Shown here: piece after piece, positions 47,156-57,519 of the stretch
How positions within the stretch are numbered: the stretch's first letter is position 1
How the letters are laid out: the number at the start of each line of letters is the position of its first letter
DNA from: a virus
Taxonomy: Duplodnaviria > Caudoviricetes
IMG/VR virus record: IMGVR_UViG_3300048911_000095
Location: 1,188 to 65,187 of that record
DNA length: 64,000 nucleotides
Direction: 5' to 3' (one strand)
The notes under the pieces: model-generated
The model's input: only the letters and a program-made list of their open reading frames with translations
Told to the model about the DNA's origin: nothing
Database searches by the model: none
Translations under genes and position numbers: made by a program

Positions 47156-48340
47156 ATGGCATTAGCAGCCTCGATCACGCCAGACAGATTCCGGTTTGAT
47201 TCTTATGGATCTCCGGTTATAACTTTCTCTGGCGTTACTAATATTCCGGTCCTCATGCGTTCGGATTGGGACTATTTTTATAATCCGACAAGTCCGTTTG
47301 ATCTGCCTCCGCGTAATAGAACTAAGTTTGATTGCCCATTAATGTTGCGAAACGTTTTCTTTCCGGCTACGTGGGTATTAGGTACAGATATTTCTCAGGA
47401 CACGCCAACACAGGCTTTTACGAATATTGGTGTCGATGCTCTCGACGGGGCTGTTTATGGTACGGTATTGAGCGCAGTACATTCAGCTATCACGGCTCGA
47501 TCGCTCACAGCCCATGATGTCGTAGGTATTTCATTGCAAGATTCGTCCGGTACGATTCATCATGACTATTCGATGTCCACGGTAGCCCATGCAATTGTGC
47601 TAGGAATGAATGGCCTTGGATCGATCTATGAACTTGGCAGCAAACTAAAGACAGTGGATTTTCCATATGAAGCCGGTGACTCGGCTATGATCGAATTACA
47701 AGGTTCACTAATCAGGTATTTTCTTATTAAGGTCGATGGCACCTTAGTTAAACTCCGCGCTACACGCTCGAAACTTACAACAACGCCAAAAGCAGAGGTT
47801 CAGATTTTCACAGCCGGAGCGTCCGCAGATCAAGTTCATATTTTCAATAATGAGGAATACGATTTCACTTACGACAGCATCGGCGTCCTTGAAAACTTCC
47901 AGGATTGGGTGAATGATTTTTCGCATGTATCAACGGCAGATCCTATCCAGATGGCCGACAATATTCCCGAGTACACTTTCCCGAACAGCAAGCGGATCTT
48001 GAGATCGTTATCTCCAAATCTCAACATGCGGGTAAAGGCCGATCGGGATGATTTCTTAGATTTCTTTGAATATCACAATTACGACAAAGATTTCTTATTT
48101 ATCGATAATGCCCACTTAGATCGAGATGGCAACTCCACGGAGTTTTGGGCAAACTTCACATCGCCGTTCGGCGATAAGGTCCGCAACAACTGCCTCGCTC
48201 AGTTAGGTACGCAGATCTTGGAGAGCTACCGGAAAGATTTTATTCTTAAAATCTTACCGCCTACTAGTGGATTGATGGTTGACGGATCTGGATTTGCAAT
48301 TGTTGATGGCAGCGGTCTTGGTATAGAAGTTTTCGTATAG
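47156..48340 (+). CDS. minor tail protein
   Basis: Synteny between hub and spike genes. Confidence 0.55.
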   Translation: MALAASITPDRFRFDSYGSPVITFSGVTNIPVLMRSDWDYFYNPTSPFDLPPRNRTKFDCPLMLRNVFFPATWVLGTDISQDTPTQAFTNIGVDALDGAVYGTVLSAVHSAITARSLTAHDVVGISLQDSSGTIHHDYSMSTVAHAIVLGMNGLGSIYELGSKLKTVDFPYEAGDSAMIELQGSLIRYFLIKVDGTLVKLRATRSKLTTTPKAEVQIFTAGASADQVHIFNNEEYDFTYDSIGVLENFQDWVNDFSHVSTADPIQMADNIPEYTFPNSKRILRSLSPNLNMRVKADRDDFLDFFEYHNYDKDFLFIDNAHLDRDGNSTEFWANFTSPFGDKVRNNCLAQLGTQILESYRKDFILKILPPTSGLMVDGSGFAIVDGSGLGIEVFV

Positions 48341-48359
48341 ATTTTCACGGGGTAAATTT

Positions 48360-50021
48360 ATGTCTGATTTTACAGCCTTTCCAGTTCACACTGTGCCGCT
48401 TGCTGGCATGGATCGGACACTGTTTGAGTATTCGCTATCGAATTCGTATGCGAACGATCTGGTGGGAGCGATAGCAGCGATTGGCTCGAATCCGGTTGTA
48501 TTGCCGATCACGGAGCCGTGTACGATTTCAGATGATCTCACAATACCATTCAATGTAACGTTGGATATACGCCGCGGTGGAATGATAACAATTGCCGCCG
48601 GTAAGACGCTCCAGATTACGAACATGCTGGACGCTGGCAATAGAAAGATATTTACACTGGCCAGCGCAGGATCGCATGTTGTCTTTCATCGGATCGCGGT
48701 AAATTGGATGAATGTAGCCTGGATAGCCGGTAACGTCGGCGGTGACATCACGAGGGCGTTGAACGAATATTTTGCGTCGATCAGTTATGCACAGGGTGGC
48801 GGTGTGGTAGTGATACCTAACTCACAAACTCCGTGGACTACGACCGGAGGTCACTTAGTTCCTTACGGAACGACGATCAAGGGGATCAGCATGGATTCAG
48901 ATGCCCTCGCCGGTCCGAGAATTAACATGATGTCATCGAATACGTTCATGTTTAAGATATCGGATAGCGTTTTTAATACACAGTTTCAACACATAAATCT
49001 GCACAACAACGGCCAGACGAATAATGCTGGAGTGCTGTTTGAAGGGACCACGAACGCGACGTTTAACCATTACTTCAAATACTGTGCGTTCGTCGGCTTT
49101 AAGCGTGGAGTATCCGGCGTGCCGACAAGTGGTTTTGGGTGGATGATTAACCAGGTCGTATTCGATCAATGTGCGTTTGTGACAAATACGGAGGCCGCGA
49201 TCTATTGGTACTCGATCAACGGTGTCGTAAATATAAAGAACTGCTCTTTCCAAATGAGTTCGGGGCAGTGGGGCTTGATCCTGCAACATGCCGGAGTTTG
49301 GAACGTTGAACAAAACGAAATTGCCGGTGGCGGTATTTCGGATGGAGCTGGTTGGGCTTGGCTGAGAGCGGATTATGTTGCATTAAATTTCAACGGCAAT
49401 GAGGATGAGAATGCGAACTACACGATCCTTGATGAAGCGATCTGTACCAACGGCACGGTGAATCTGAACGGGAATATATTGCAGGGCGATTTGATGATGA
49501 ACGGCAATAATACGACCTATTTCACTAAGGGTAATTTCTATCCAACATCATCGGGTCAATGGAAGGATAAGAATACGCCGAACACCACGCCAGACGCAGT
49601 TGTTTATTCATGGGATCGGGCAACCTCGGCAGTGTTTACGCACGGATGTACGTTCAAGCCGATGGTGACACGTGACAGCACGGATACATTCACGAATAAA
49701 CGAATCACGCCAAGAACAGTCGGATTGATAGCGGCTGGTGTTATTGGATCTTGGCAGGATGCGTTTGATCTCGTAACGCTCTCGGCGCAAGATCAGGCGC
49801 TTACCGTGGGATCTCCAGGCGGCTCGCCAACCGAGGGACAACCTCTAGGACTTCGGTTCAAGGATGATGGCTCGGCTCGGGCTATTACTTGGAATGGTAT
49901 TTACCGGAGCATCGCGACACTACCGACAACGACGGTAGCGGGGAAAGTGATGTATATATTTTTCAGGTATAACGCGCAGGATTCGAAGTGGGATTGTCTT
50001 GACGTAAAGACACAGCCATAA
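48360..50021 (+). CDS. tail spike / receptor-binding protein with a pectin-lyase-like beta-helix
   Basis: GGGVVVIP, Asn/Gly-rich repeating strands, C-terminal GQPLGLRFKDDG...YNAQDSKWD domain. Confidence 0.7.
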   Translation: MSDFTAFPVHTVPLAGMDRTLFEYSLSNSYANDLVGAIAAIGSNPVVLPITEPCTISDDLTIPFNVTLDIRRGGMITIAAGKTLQITNMLDAGNRKIFTLASAGSHVVFHRIAVNWMNVAWIAGNVGGDITRALNEYFASISYAQGGGVVVIPNSQTPWTTTGGHLVPYGTTIKGISMDSDALAGPRINMMSSNTFMFKISDSVFNTQFQHINLHNNGQTNNAGVLFEGTTNATFNHYFKYCAFVGFKRGVSGVPTSGFGWMINQVVFDQCAFVTNTEAAIYWYSINGVVNIKNCSFQMSSGQWGLILQHAGVWNVEQNEIAGGGISDGAGWAWLRADYVALNFNGNEDENANYTILDEAICTNGTVNLNGNILQGDLMMNGNNTTYFTKGNFYPTSSGQWKDKNTPNTTPDAVVYSWDRATSAVFTHGCTFKPMVTRDSTDTFTNKRITPRTVGLIAAGVIGSWQDAFDLVTLSAQDQALTVGSPGGSPTEGQPLGLRFKDDGSARAITWNGIYRSIATLPTTTVAGKVMYIFFRYNAQDSKWDCLDVKTQP

Positions 50022-50037
50022 GTTATACGGATACAGT

Positions 50038-50096
50038 TTGACAGGCGCGACGAATCCACACTATTCTTTCTACGTTTAAGTTGGGAGCTACCCAAC
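50038..50096 (+). promoter_or_regulatory. promoter plus 17-bp palindrome heading the accessory virion operon
   Basis: TTGACA-N18-TATTCT; GTTGGGAGCTACCCAAC at 50080-50096. Confidence 0.65.
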
Positions 50097-50115
50097 ATTC
50101 CACCCGGGAGGATCT

Positions 50116-50730
50116 ATGATTAAAAAATGGTTGCCAGAATTAGATTATTTTACATGGCTGTTTAATGGTCAGAAGGTACTTGAAGCTGCAACGTTCGATT
50201 GGCAATCCGATCATGGAACAGCCACCGGATCTCCGCCAAAGGGTACGACACGATCGACAGGCCGGACGGATTATAATCACAAAAATATCGATGATGCCAC
50301 TACGGCTTATTCATCCTCACCGATTACAGACGGCAATAATAGTTTTGAGATCTGGGGATTCGGTAAATTCACCGGAACCTTTAACCAGATTCTTTCTGGA
50401 TTGTTCGCTCATACGGCTGGCACGATTTCGACAGGTTGCACATTAAAAGGTCCGCCAGCGATGACCGCGGACGGTGACAACCGCACATATACCACGCCAT
50501 CGACCACGACCAATGCCAATCTCACAAATAACATGAGCTCCACTATAGCCATTGGTTCAGGTGTGGCAGTATGGTTTGGAGCGACAGGACCGGAAGCAAC
50601 TGGTAAAGCAACGTCGAGCACGAATGCCACGACCTATACGAATTGGCTGGTAACTCAGCTTCAAACATCTGGAGCGGCGGCCGGTGATACAACGCAGATG
50701 ACGTTAACTTTGCAGTATCAGGAAAACTAA
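50116..50730 (+). CDS. putative virion protein
   Basis: Thr/Gly-rich beta protein; GGGAGG RBS. Confidence 0.55.
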   Translation: MIKKWLPELDYFTWLFNGQKVLEAATFDWQSDHGTATGSPPKGTTRSTGRTDYNHKNIDDATTAYSSSPITDGNNSFEIWGFGKFTGTFNQILSGLFAHTAGTISTGCTLKGPPAMTADGDNRTYTTPSTTTNANLTNNMSSTIAIGSGVAVWFGATGPEATGKATSSTNATTYTNWLVTQLQTSGAAAGDTTQMTLTLQYQEN

Positions 50731-50751
50731 GCCTCGATTTCGAGAGAAAAT

Positions 50752-51060
50752 TTGTCAGGGAGAATAGTTATGGCGAAATTTGTAAAGATCATGTTTGATG
50801 GTGTCGAAAAGGAGTGCTTGGTCCAGGTCGATCAGAACAAGGAATATGTTTGCATTGCCAGAGATGGCCAGTTCGTTAAGTTTGCCGCAGCAGCAGACGG
50901 CGAGGATGCGGACAAATATCTCACATCTCAAGTGGATGCCCACAATGCCGATACGTCAAATATTATCGTTCCGGTTTCCGGCGAAGCTGAAGCACAGAAA
51001 AAAGCTGAACTGGATGATTGGCTAACCGACGAAGCAAAGGCGCAACGGACTTCAACCTAA
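50752..51060 (+). CDS. hypothetical protein
   Basis: Probable start at MAKFV. Confidence 0.55.
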   Translation: MSGRIVMAKFVKIMFDGVEKECLVQVDQNKEYVCIARDGQFVKFAAAADGEDADKYLTSQVDAHNADTSNIIVPVSGEAEAQKKAELDDWLTDEAKAQRTST

Positions 51061-51116
51061 AATTTCGGATAATTTAATTCCGATCTCAATACAATGAGGA
51101 GGCGAATACAATCGCT

Positions 51117-51593
51117 ATGGAAGTATCAAATACACACTATTTCAAGGCTATCTATAAGCCAGAGGGCGATCAGATTCCCGAATACGTTCAAGGGGAAGAT
51201 GATCGCTCACTTTTCGTTAAGGATAAGAATGCATTTTACGATGTGTTTTATAATCCGTGGAAGCCTCTTGAGCTTCTACAACGTTTTGAACTTTGGCCAG
51301 CCAGTGGTCAAGGCTCGATCTATGCCGTAGATCTTACTGACGGCCATTTCGAGATCAATGGAGTTCCATTCTTTCAACACAATACCGTTAAGCCAGACAA
51401 GAACGGAAACGATACGGCTTTAGTGTTGAGGAACTTTCGTTTGATCTATCGCCGGATCGTTAATGCTCATGCCACGGTGAGAACGGACTCTAAGCGTATG
51501 ACCGTTGAGAGTTTGGAACTGGCCGGTTATATACTCGGCTTTCAGGCTAACGATCAGGACGATGAAAATCATACTCATTTCATCAGGACTTAA
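51117..51593 (+). CDS. hypothetical protein
   Basis: Co-oriented ORF. Confidence 0.6.
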   Translation: MEVSNTHYFKAIYKPEGDQIPEYVQGEDDRSLFVKDKNAFYDVFYNPWKPLELLQRFELWPASGQGSIYAVDLTDGHFEINGVPFFQHNTVKPDKNGNDTALVLRNFRLIYRRIVNAHATVRTDSKRMTVESLELAGYILGFQANDQDDENHTHFIRT

Positions 51594-51614
51594 AATTTCA
51601 AATAAGGAGAATCT

Positions 51615-51977
51615 ATGAAAAAACTTGTTGGTTTAATGCTTGTATTTATGGCTTGCTGTTTTACGGCATCGGCTCAAGAGTACGATGTGGCCGTACAGGT
51701 CAGTTACGGTACGACTATTTATTCGACCAGCGTACCTCTCGGATCGACGTACCTGTATTTTGAACAAGACAGCGCGACCGATGCCGCGATCTATTACGAG
51801 CCATCGATGTCACAACAACTTCAGGACTTGATAATCGCCGCCGTGCCACGAGGTAAAAAACCGCCAAGGTTAAACGGCTATACATCCGTTAAGCTGAATT
51901 GTTTCGACTTCGACGGCTTCATCTATGCCGATCCTTTTAGCGGAAAGGTTTGCGGCTATTACTATATTTCTGGCTAA
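51615..51977 (+). CDS. secreted hypothetical protein
   Basis: Signal-peptide-like N-terminus ending in ASA. Confidence 0.6.
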   Translation: MKKLVGLMLVFMACCFTASAQEYDVAVQVSYGTTIYSTSVPLGSTYLYFEQDSATDAAIYYEPSMSQQLQDLIIAAVPRGKKPPRLNGYTSVKLNCFDFDGFIYADPFSGKVCGYYYISG

Positions 51978-52702
51978 CTACAATGTCCGTCGCTCCATCA
52001 TTCATACAGTCATCGGGATCAATTGCAACTGATCTATCAGGAGGAGCGAGCACGTCGCCAACGATGCCGCTTCATCAGGTAGACGACATCCTGATAGCGG
52101 TGTCAGTCAATCAGCCAGGTGCAACGCAGTCTGCGTCTGGCTGGACTCCGATCTGTTCAACCACTACACCGAATGTTTCTTTTTGGTGGAAAAGAGCGAC
52201 AGCCACAAATGATGCCGGTCCGACAATAACCGCAGCATCAACCGATCAATTTTCAATCTGCTACATCATTCGCAATTGCATCAAGACGGGAACGCCTTGG
52301 GAAGATGCACGAGTTAATGGCAATCCGATCACGACGCCTCCGCTTACTGGAGCCTTGCCACAGACAGATACGACGCCGACAACCGATTTTGCAACGGTAA
52401 GCGGTCCTAACAGGCTGGTCATTGCGTTTGGTGCGGCCGATAGCAATGCAACATGGGCAAGCGGCAATCCTCCGGCTGGCTGGACACAGGACAACATATA
52501 CAGCGCGTCAGGTACGACGGCGGGATTTTGGGTGATCTATAAGTCTGCAAGTGCTAATGTTAGCGGTCTTAACATGGGTACACTGACGGGAGCGAATAAT
52601 TCAGGCGTGCTTACACTGTCGTTATTGCCAATACCGGATACGTTCAAGCAGAATATTGTTTCAGTAGGACCAATGGCGGTGAAGCGAGCCGCATCTTTTT
52701 AA
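51950..52702 (+). CDS. putative virion/fibre-associated beta protein
   Basis: Ser/Thr-rich beta-sandwich-like sequence. Confidence 0.55.
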   Translation: MRLLLYFWLTTMSVAPSFIQSSGSIATDLSGGASTSPTMPLHQVDDILIAVSVNQPGATQSASGWTPICSTTTPNVSFWWKRATATNDAGPTITAASTDQFSICYIIRNCIKTGTPWEDARVNGNPITTPPLTGALPQTDTTPTTDFATVSGPNRLVIAFGAADSNATWASGNPPAGWTQDNIYSASGTTAGFWVIYKSASANVSGLNMGTLTGANNSGVLTLSLLPIPDTFKQNIVSVGPMAVKRAASF

Positions 52703-52714
52703 GGAGAAAAAACT

Positions 52715-53236
52715 ATGGGGTTATATCTTTTACAGAGCGGCGCAATGCCGACAACGGCAGGTCTGGTAGCGGTAGCCACAAGTGCGGCTATTAAAACTAT
52801 CATGCAAGTCAAGCTTGGTGGATCTACAAATCAAACTGCCAAGATCGCTGAATGGGGGATTAGTTTCGACGGATCGGCAGCAGCTACTCCGGGCAAGGTG
52901 GAATTACTAAGCACAAAGACCGTTGGAGCGACGATCACGGAATATGTTGCGGCTGACATTATCAACCTTTTAGATCCGAACGCCAGCGCGGTCACAGACG
53001 ATTTCCCGTTTGCATTTACGGCTGCCGGTGACGAGTCTGGTTATAACGCGACCGCCGAGGGAACGATCACTGCCACTAGGCCGTTTGATAGTCAGTTGAT
53101 CGCTCCGACAAATCAGTACATTAAACAATTTCCACTCGGGCGTGAGCCGAACTTTCGACAGGATGAATTTGTCCGCATCCGTACAACGTTTGGCGCTGGC
53201 ATTAATTGCTATGCGTATATGGTGATTGACGTTTAA
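52715..53236 (+). CDS. putative virion protein
   Basis: AAGGAG RBS. Confidence 0.55.
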   Translation: MGLYLLQSGAMPTTAGLVAVATSAAIKTIMQVKLGGSTNQTAKIAEWGISFDGSAAATPGKVELLSTKTVGATITEYVAADIINLLDPNASAVTDDFPFAFTAAGDESGYNATAEGTITATRPFDSQLIAPTNQYIKQFPLGREPNFRQDEFVRIRTTFGAGINCYAYMVIDV

Positions 53237-53242
53237 TAAAAC

Positions 53243-54748
53243 ATGGCTCGCCTTGGTCGTGGACAACCTTTCCCACCGCATATAAAAAGACCGCCTGTAG
53301 TTGGGGCGACTCTTGTTACTACTACGCAGACAATTCAGGCGAAGTCTCGGATCACTGCGACCACGACAAAGACGATCACTGCGAAGTCGGCTATCCGTAA
53401 GACCACAACGCAGACAATTCCCGCTATTTCTCGGATTCGGAAAGTGGTCAACCAGACCATTACGGCAGTTTCGAGACTCAGGGTTACAGCTACAAGGACC
53501 ATCCCTGCCAAGTCTCGAATCCAAGTCACCACGACGCGGACTATTACTGCCAAAACCCGTATTCAAAAGGTGGTCAATAAGACCATCACTGCGATATCCA
53601 GAATTGCAAAGATCGTTGCTCAAACGATTCTTGCCAAGTCGAGGATCACGGCCAGAACAACTCAGACGATTCTTGCCAAATCTCGGATACGGGTTACTGC
53701 GACTAAAACCATTACCGCAAAATCCCGGATCTCGATAATCACAACGAAAACGATTACCGCTATCTCGCGCATTCGCAAGGTAGTTAATCAAACGATCACT
53801 GCTAAGTCTCGGATCACTGCGACCACAACGAAAACGATTCCAGCTAAGTCTCGAATCACCGCGACAACTCTAAAGACCATTCTTGCGAAATCGCGGATTC
53901 AGAAAATAGTTGCCCAAACTATCACTGCGAAGTCGAATATCCTCGTCACGGCTGCGACGAATAAAGTCATCACGGCTATATCACGGATTCGTAAGACAGC
54001 AAGTCAAACCATTACGGCCAAGTCCCGTATCCAGAAAGTAGTATTAGCTACGATCACAGCGAAGTCCCGGATTGCCAAGATCGTTCAGCAAACAATTACT
54101 GCGGTTTCCAGGATCACGGCGTCGACGCCTCGGACCATTACAGCAAAATCACGTATAAGGGTTTCTGCTACTCGAACCATTACTGTCCGGTCAAGGATAG
54201 GCGTTGTTGTCAACAAAACGATCACAGCCATTTCCAGAGTCAGAGCGACAGCAACTAAGACCATAACCTCGATCTCAAAGATCGTGTTGCAGGGTACGAG
54301 CAATGCGTTCATCACAGCCCGATCGAACATTCGTGCAACCACGACAAGGACCATCCCTGCCAAATCACGGATTCAATTGGTGAGATCACAAACGATATCG
54401 GCAAGATCCCGGATTGGAAAGATCGTCAGTAAAAATATAACGGCTATTTCCCGGGTAAGAACAACGGTACTGGCCAGCATATTAAGCAAGGCCAGGATCA
54501 GAAGAATCGTTGTTCAAACGATATCTTCAAAAAGCAGGTTGAGGCGTGTTGCAACGCAGACGATCACGGCTCGATCGCTTGTGTCCGGCACACTAAATAA
54601 AAATATCACGTGTCAATCGAGGATTATTCGTTTTATCAAACCGCCTGTCTACGGTCCGCTTACCAATGATTTCCTTGACAGTGCAGGGTTATTCACGCAA
54701 AATGACTCGGACGATCTGACCACATCGGTAAGAGAGGATTATGGCTGA
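53243..54748 (+). CDS. 14-aa-repeat basic Thr/Ile-rich fibre-like protein
   Basis: 31 repeats of xxxxxxTIxAxSRI. Confidence 0.75.
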   Translation: MARLGRGQPFPPHIKRPPVVGATLVTTTQTIQAKSRITATTTKTITAKSAIRKTTTQTIPAISRIRKVVNQTITAVSRLRVTATRTIPAKSRIQVTTTRTITAKTRIQKVVNKTITAISRIAKIVAQTILAKSRITARTTQTILAKSRIRVTATKTITAKSRISIITTKTITAISRIRKVVNQTITAKSRITATTTKTIPAKSRITATTLKTILAKSRIQKIVAQTITAKSNILVTAATNKVITAISRIRKTASQTITAKSRIQKVVLATITAKSRIAKIVQQTITAVSRITASTPRTITAKSRIRVSATRTITVRSRIGVVVNKTITAISRVRATATKTITSISKIVLQGTSNAFITARSNIRATTTRTIPAKSRIQLVRSQTISARSRIGKIVSKNITAISRVRTTVLASILSKARIRRIVVQTISSKSRLRRVATQTITARSLVSGTLNKNITCQSRIIRFIKPPVYGPLTNDFLDSAGLFTQNDSDDLTTSVREDYG

Positions 54749-55079
54749 AACTTTCTACATCAAACAGGGTGCCAACCTTCCAACTCTAGTCAATACATTT
54801 AGCGCTAACGGCCAGCCGATAGTTCTAACCGGAACAGGCCAGATAGTCATGCGACATCAATTCGGATCGATGTTTTCAAAGATCTATGATCTATTCGATC
54901 AGATCACACTGCCCGGACAGATAGAGGTCCAATGGGCTATCTTTGAAACCACAGCCTTTGAACTTGGTATTCATTACGTTGAATATCATCATACTTTTGA
55001 AAATGGAGATCTTGCCATCTTCCCGACGGATGGTGATGTTCTTTACGACAGGATCGTAGTTCTTCCGCCTCTCGCATAA
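54741..55079 (+). CDS. BppU N-terminal-like protein
   Basis: YIKQGANLP...GQPIVLTG...EYHHTFENG...IFPTDG. Confidence 0.55.
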   Translation: MAETFYIKQGANLPTLVNTFSANGQPIVLTGTGQIVMRHQFGSMFSKIYDLFDQITLPGQIEVQWAIFETTAFELGIHYVEYHHTFENGDLAIFPTDGDVLYDRIVVLPPLA

Positions 55080-55117
55080 TTGTTGGGTACTTCCCAACTT
55101 TCAATAGGAGATCTTTA

Positions 55118-56434
55118 ATGGCCAAGCTTACCGATGCCTTTTTCAAGCAGATCGCTCCGGCAGTATCCCCCGAGTTACGCGCTGAATATGCCAAGTGGTT
55201 CAACAAGTATCTCTTTGAATTTGGGATCACGACAGAGCGACGCATAGCGTGTGCCTTTGGCCAATTCATTCCTGAATCCGGGAACCTCACAAGGACCGAG
55301 GAAAATCTTAACTATTCGGCTCGGCGGCTTATGGTTGTCTGGCCGAAACGGTTTAAGACCTTGGATTTTGCTAAACAGTACGAACACAATCCACAGAAAC
55401 TAGCTAACTATGTTTATGACGGCAGGAATGGTAACAGGCCGGGAACTAATGATGGTTGGGATTTTCGCGGTGCTGCGTTGGATCAAGAGACAGGCCGTTC
55501 GAATTACATCAAGTCCGGTAAATTGGTTGGAGCTGATTTCATAGCCCATCCGGAGTTGCTTCGTACGCCTGAGTATGCGGTTAAGGTTGCCTGTGCCGGT
55601 TTCAAATCCCGCGGTTGTAATGAACTGGCCGACAGCCTGTCAATAACCGCGATCTCGGAAAGGATCAATGGTGGTCATAACGGTCTGGCCGATAGAAAGT
55701 TTTGGACGAACCAATGCATGGCCTTGTTGCCAGACGGGTTTGAGTTGGATACTGCAACTTCGGTCAAGCGTACAGAGCTATCAACCACACCTATCGAGAT
55801 GATTCACATGCCGGATGAGGGAACGCCAGGATTCTTGCCGCATGATGAAATGGACAATAACGAGCCTGTAGCTGCTTCAAATACTCAAGAGGCACCAGAG
55901 CTAGGGGGAACGGCTGAAACAGGCTCAGAGGGGCAGGAAACGCAAGAAAACAGCCAATCTCAGACCGTGAAAGCCTCGATAACTCCCGAAGGTGGCGTAA
56001 ACTTGGAAAGCAACACACAAAAAGCCGGTCCTCAAGAGCGTGTGGCCGTTGTCGCTCCGCTCAAGAAAAAGTGGTATCAAGGACTTGGTACGAAGATCGG
56101 AACGTTCGTAACTGGTAATGCGGTGTTTCAGTGGATCTGGGGGCAACTCGATACGATCCAGGGACTTCATATACCAGTTGCGGTTTGGTACATAATCAGT
56201 GGCAGCGTCGTGGTAGGCGGTTTGGTGTGGATTATCAGTGAGTGGAAAGACACGGCGAAAGAGAATGATCGGCAGAAAGAACTGACCGCGTTGCTGGTCG
56301 AACAAAATTCAACACAGGATAATTTGGCTCAAGTTATCCCGGCCGATGAAGTCGATCTTTACAGAGCAAGGAAATTCAAGATCATTACACGCGGTGACTC
56401 GGTCCCTCAACCGGCACCGCCTGATAATGGTTAG
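55118..56434 (+). CDS. glycoside hydrolase family 19 endolysin with an acidic linker and C-terminal hydrophobic segments
   Basis: PESGNLTRTEENLNYSA, DGWDFRG, INGGHNGLADR. Confidence 0.88.
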   Translation: MAKLTDAFFKQIAPAVSPELRAEYAKWFNKYLFEFGITTERRIACAFGQFIPESGNLTRTEENLNYSARRLMVVWPKRFKTLDFAKQYEHNPQKLANYVYDGRNGNRPGTNDGWDFRGAALDQETGRSNYIKSGKLVGADFIAHPELLRTPEYAVKVACAGFKSRGCNELADSLSITAISERINGGHNGLADRKFWTNQCMALLPDGFELDTATSVKRTELSTTPIEMIHMPDEGTPGFLPHDEMDNNEPVAASNTQEAPELGGTAETGSEGQETQENSQSQTVKASITPEGGVNLESNTQKAGPQERVAVVAPLKKKWYQGLGTKIGTFVTGNAVFQWIWGQLDTIQGLHIPVAVWYIISGSVVVGGLVWIISEWKDTAKENDRQKELTALLVEQNSTQDNLAQVIPADEVDLYRARKFKIITRGDSVPQPAPPDNG

Positions 56435-56510
56435 GCAAAATAGTAGGTAAACACGTTTCGCCCACATATTTAATCCGGAGGCTGTGCGGATCGCAGCCAG
56501 TGGAGAAGAA

Positions 56511-56948
56511 ATGAAAAGGGTCTTGATGGTTCTGATTGCTTATGACAAGCATATTATTGAAATTCAAAATTCAATCCTCGCGATAACTGTAGGGCTGGTA
56601 TTTATTGTGAATTACTTATTGGTTAACGACATCTACGACCGCTTGGCCGACAGATACCAGTACATGGATTGGCTGCCAGGAATCGTTTGGGGTATCGTCT
56701 TTCTCAGTACCGGGATTGCACACCTGTTATCGATCTATACGAATTGGCGCTATATAAGAAAGCAGATCTTATTAATCAAAAGTTCCTTGTGGGTGTTCTT
56801 TGCAGTAAGCATCTTGAGCGCGGATCACTATGCTTTTAGCGGATACTTTTATATCATCTTTGCTGTAGTGGCTTTCAAGTCGTTCTTACGCATTAAATTA
56901 CTCCCGCCGGATCTGACGCCGAATTATGCTACTGTTAATGTATGTTGA
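56511..56948 (+). CDS. putative holin (multi-TM)
   Basis: About four hydrophobic segments; directly after the endolysin. Confidence 0.55.
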   Translation: MKRVLMVLIAYDKHIIEIQNSILAITVGLVFIVNYLLVNDIYDRLADRYQYMDWLPGIVWGIVFLSTGIAHLLSIYTNWRYIRKQILLIKSSLWVFFAVSILSADHYAFSGYFYIIFAVVAFKSFLRIKLLPPDLTPNYATVNVC

Positions 56949-57519
56949 AGCTGTTAGAGCCTTACTCTCAACCATTGTATCCATTCTAAGCGGATTGATG
57001 GTTGCATTTGCGTATCGATTCCTTTTCCAAGTTCCCAACCCAACTGTTCCAAATTGGTACGAGCAACCGGTCATCATAGCGGCCGGCGCTTCTATCGCTA
57101 CGATCATTATCGGCAAGATACTGGATCGGTACATGAAGCGCATGGAACGCGAGGACGATCGGGAAGATGAAAATGATGCCCGTATCTTGGCCCTGTCGGA
57201 AAAGAAAGCAGAACTGACTCAACAAGAATGGGTGGAGCTGTTAAACCGTCGAGACAGGCTGCATGAGCGAGAGATCACCTACTTACAAAATGCTCACATA
57301 ACGATCAAGATAGATCTGTTCAGATCGAGAGGCGAAAAGCATCGGGCATTGAATGAGATCACACGCTTGCACGGCTACATTCGGGAAATGGAAAAAGCAT
57401 TTATCAGGATAGGGCATGAGACACCGCATTTTAATCTGAAATACTACGAGGAAATGATGGAGGGCTTGGACGATCTGGTAGTGAAATATCAGGAAAGTTT
57501 AGAGCAAGTAAAATTATGA
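56926..57519 (+). CDS. membrane protein with a coiled coil (lysis module)
   Basis: Hydrophobic segment followed by a charged helix. Confidence 0.5.
   Translation: MLLLMYVEAVRALLSTIVSILSGLMVAFAYRFLFQVPNPTVPNWYEQPVIIAAGASIATIIIGKILDRYMKRMEREDDREDENDARILALSEKKAELTQQEWVELLNRRDRLHEREITYLQNAHITIKIDLFRSRGEKHRALNEITRLHGYIREMEKAFIRIGHETPHFNLKYYEEMMEGLDDLVVKYQESLEQVKL

Noticed and set aside
52970-54363. Long antisense and alternative-frame ORFs over the 14-aa repeat gene
   Set aside because: Explained by repeat periodicity and codon bias of the real gene.
43098-55079. Diversity-generating retroelement targeting tail genes
   Set aside because: No reverse transcriptase and no template/variable repeat pair seen in the window.
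57029-57039. Additional palindrome copy (AAGTTCCCAAC)
   Set aside because: Half site only, inside a CDS.
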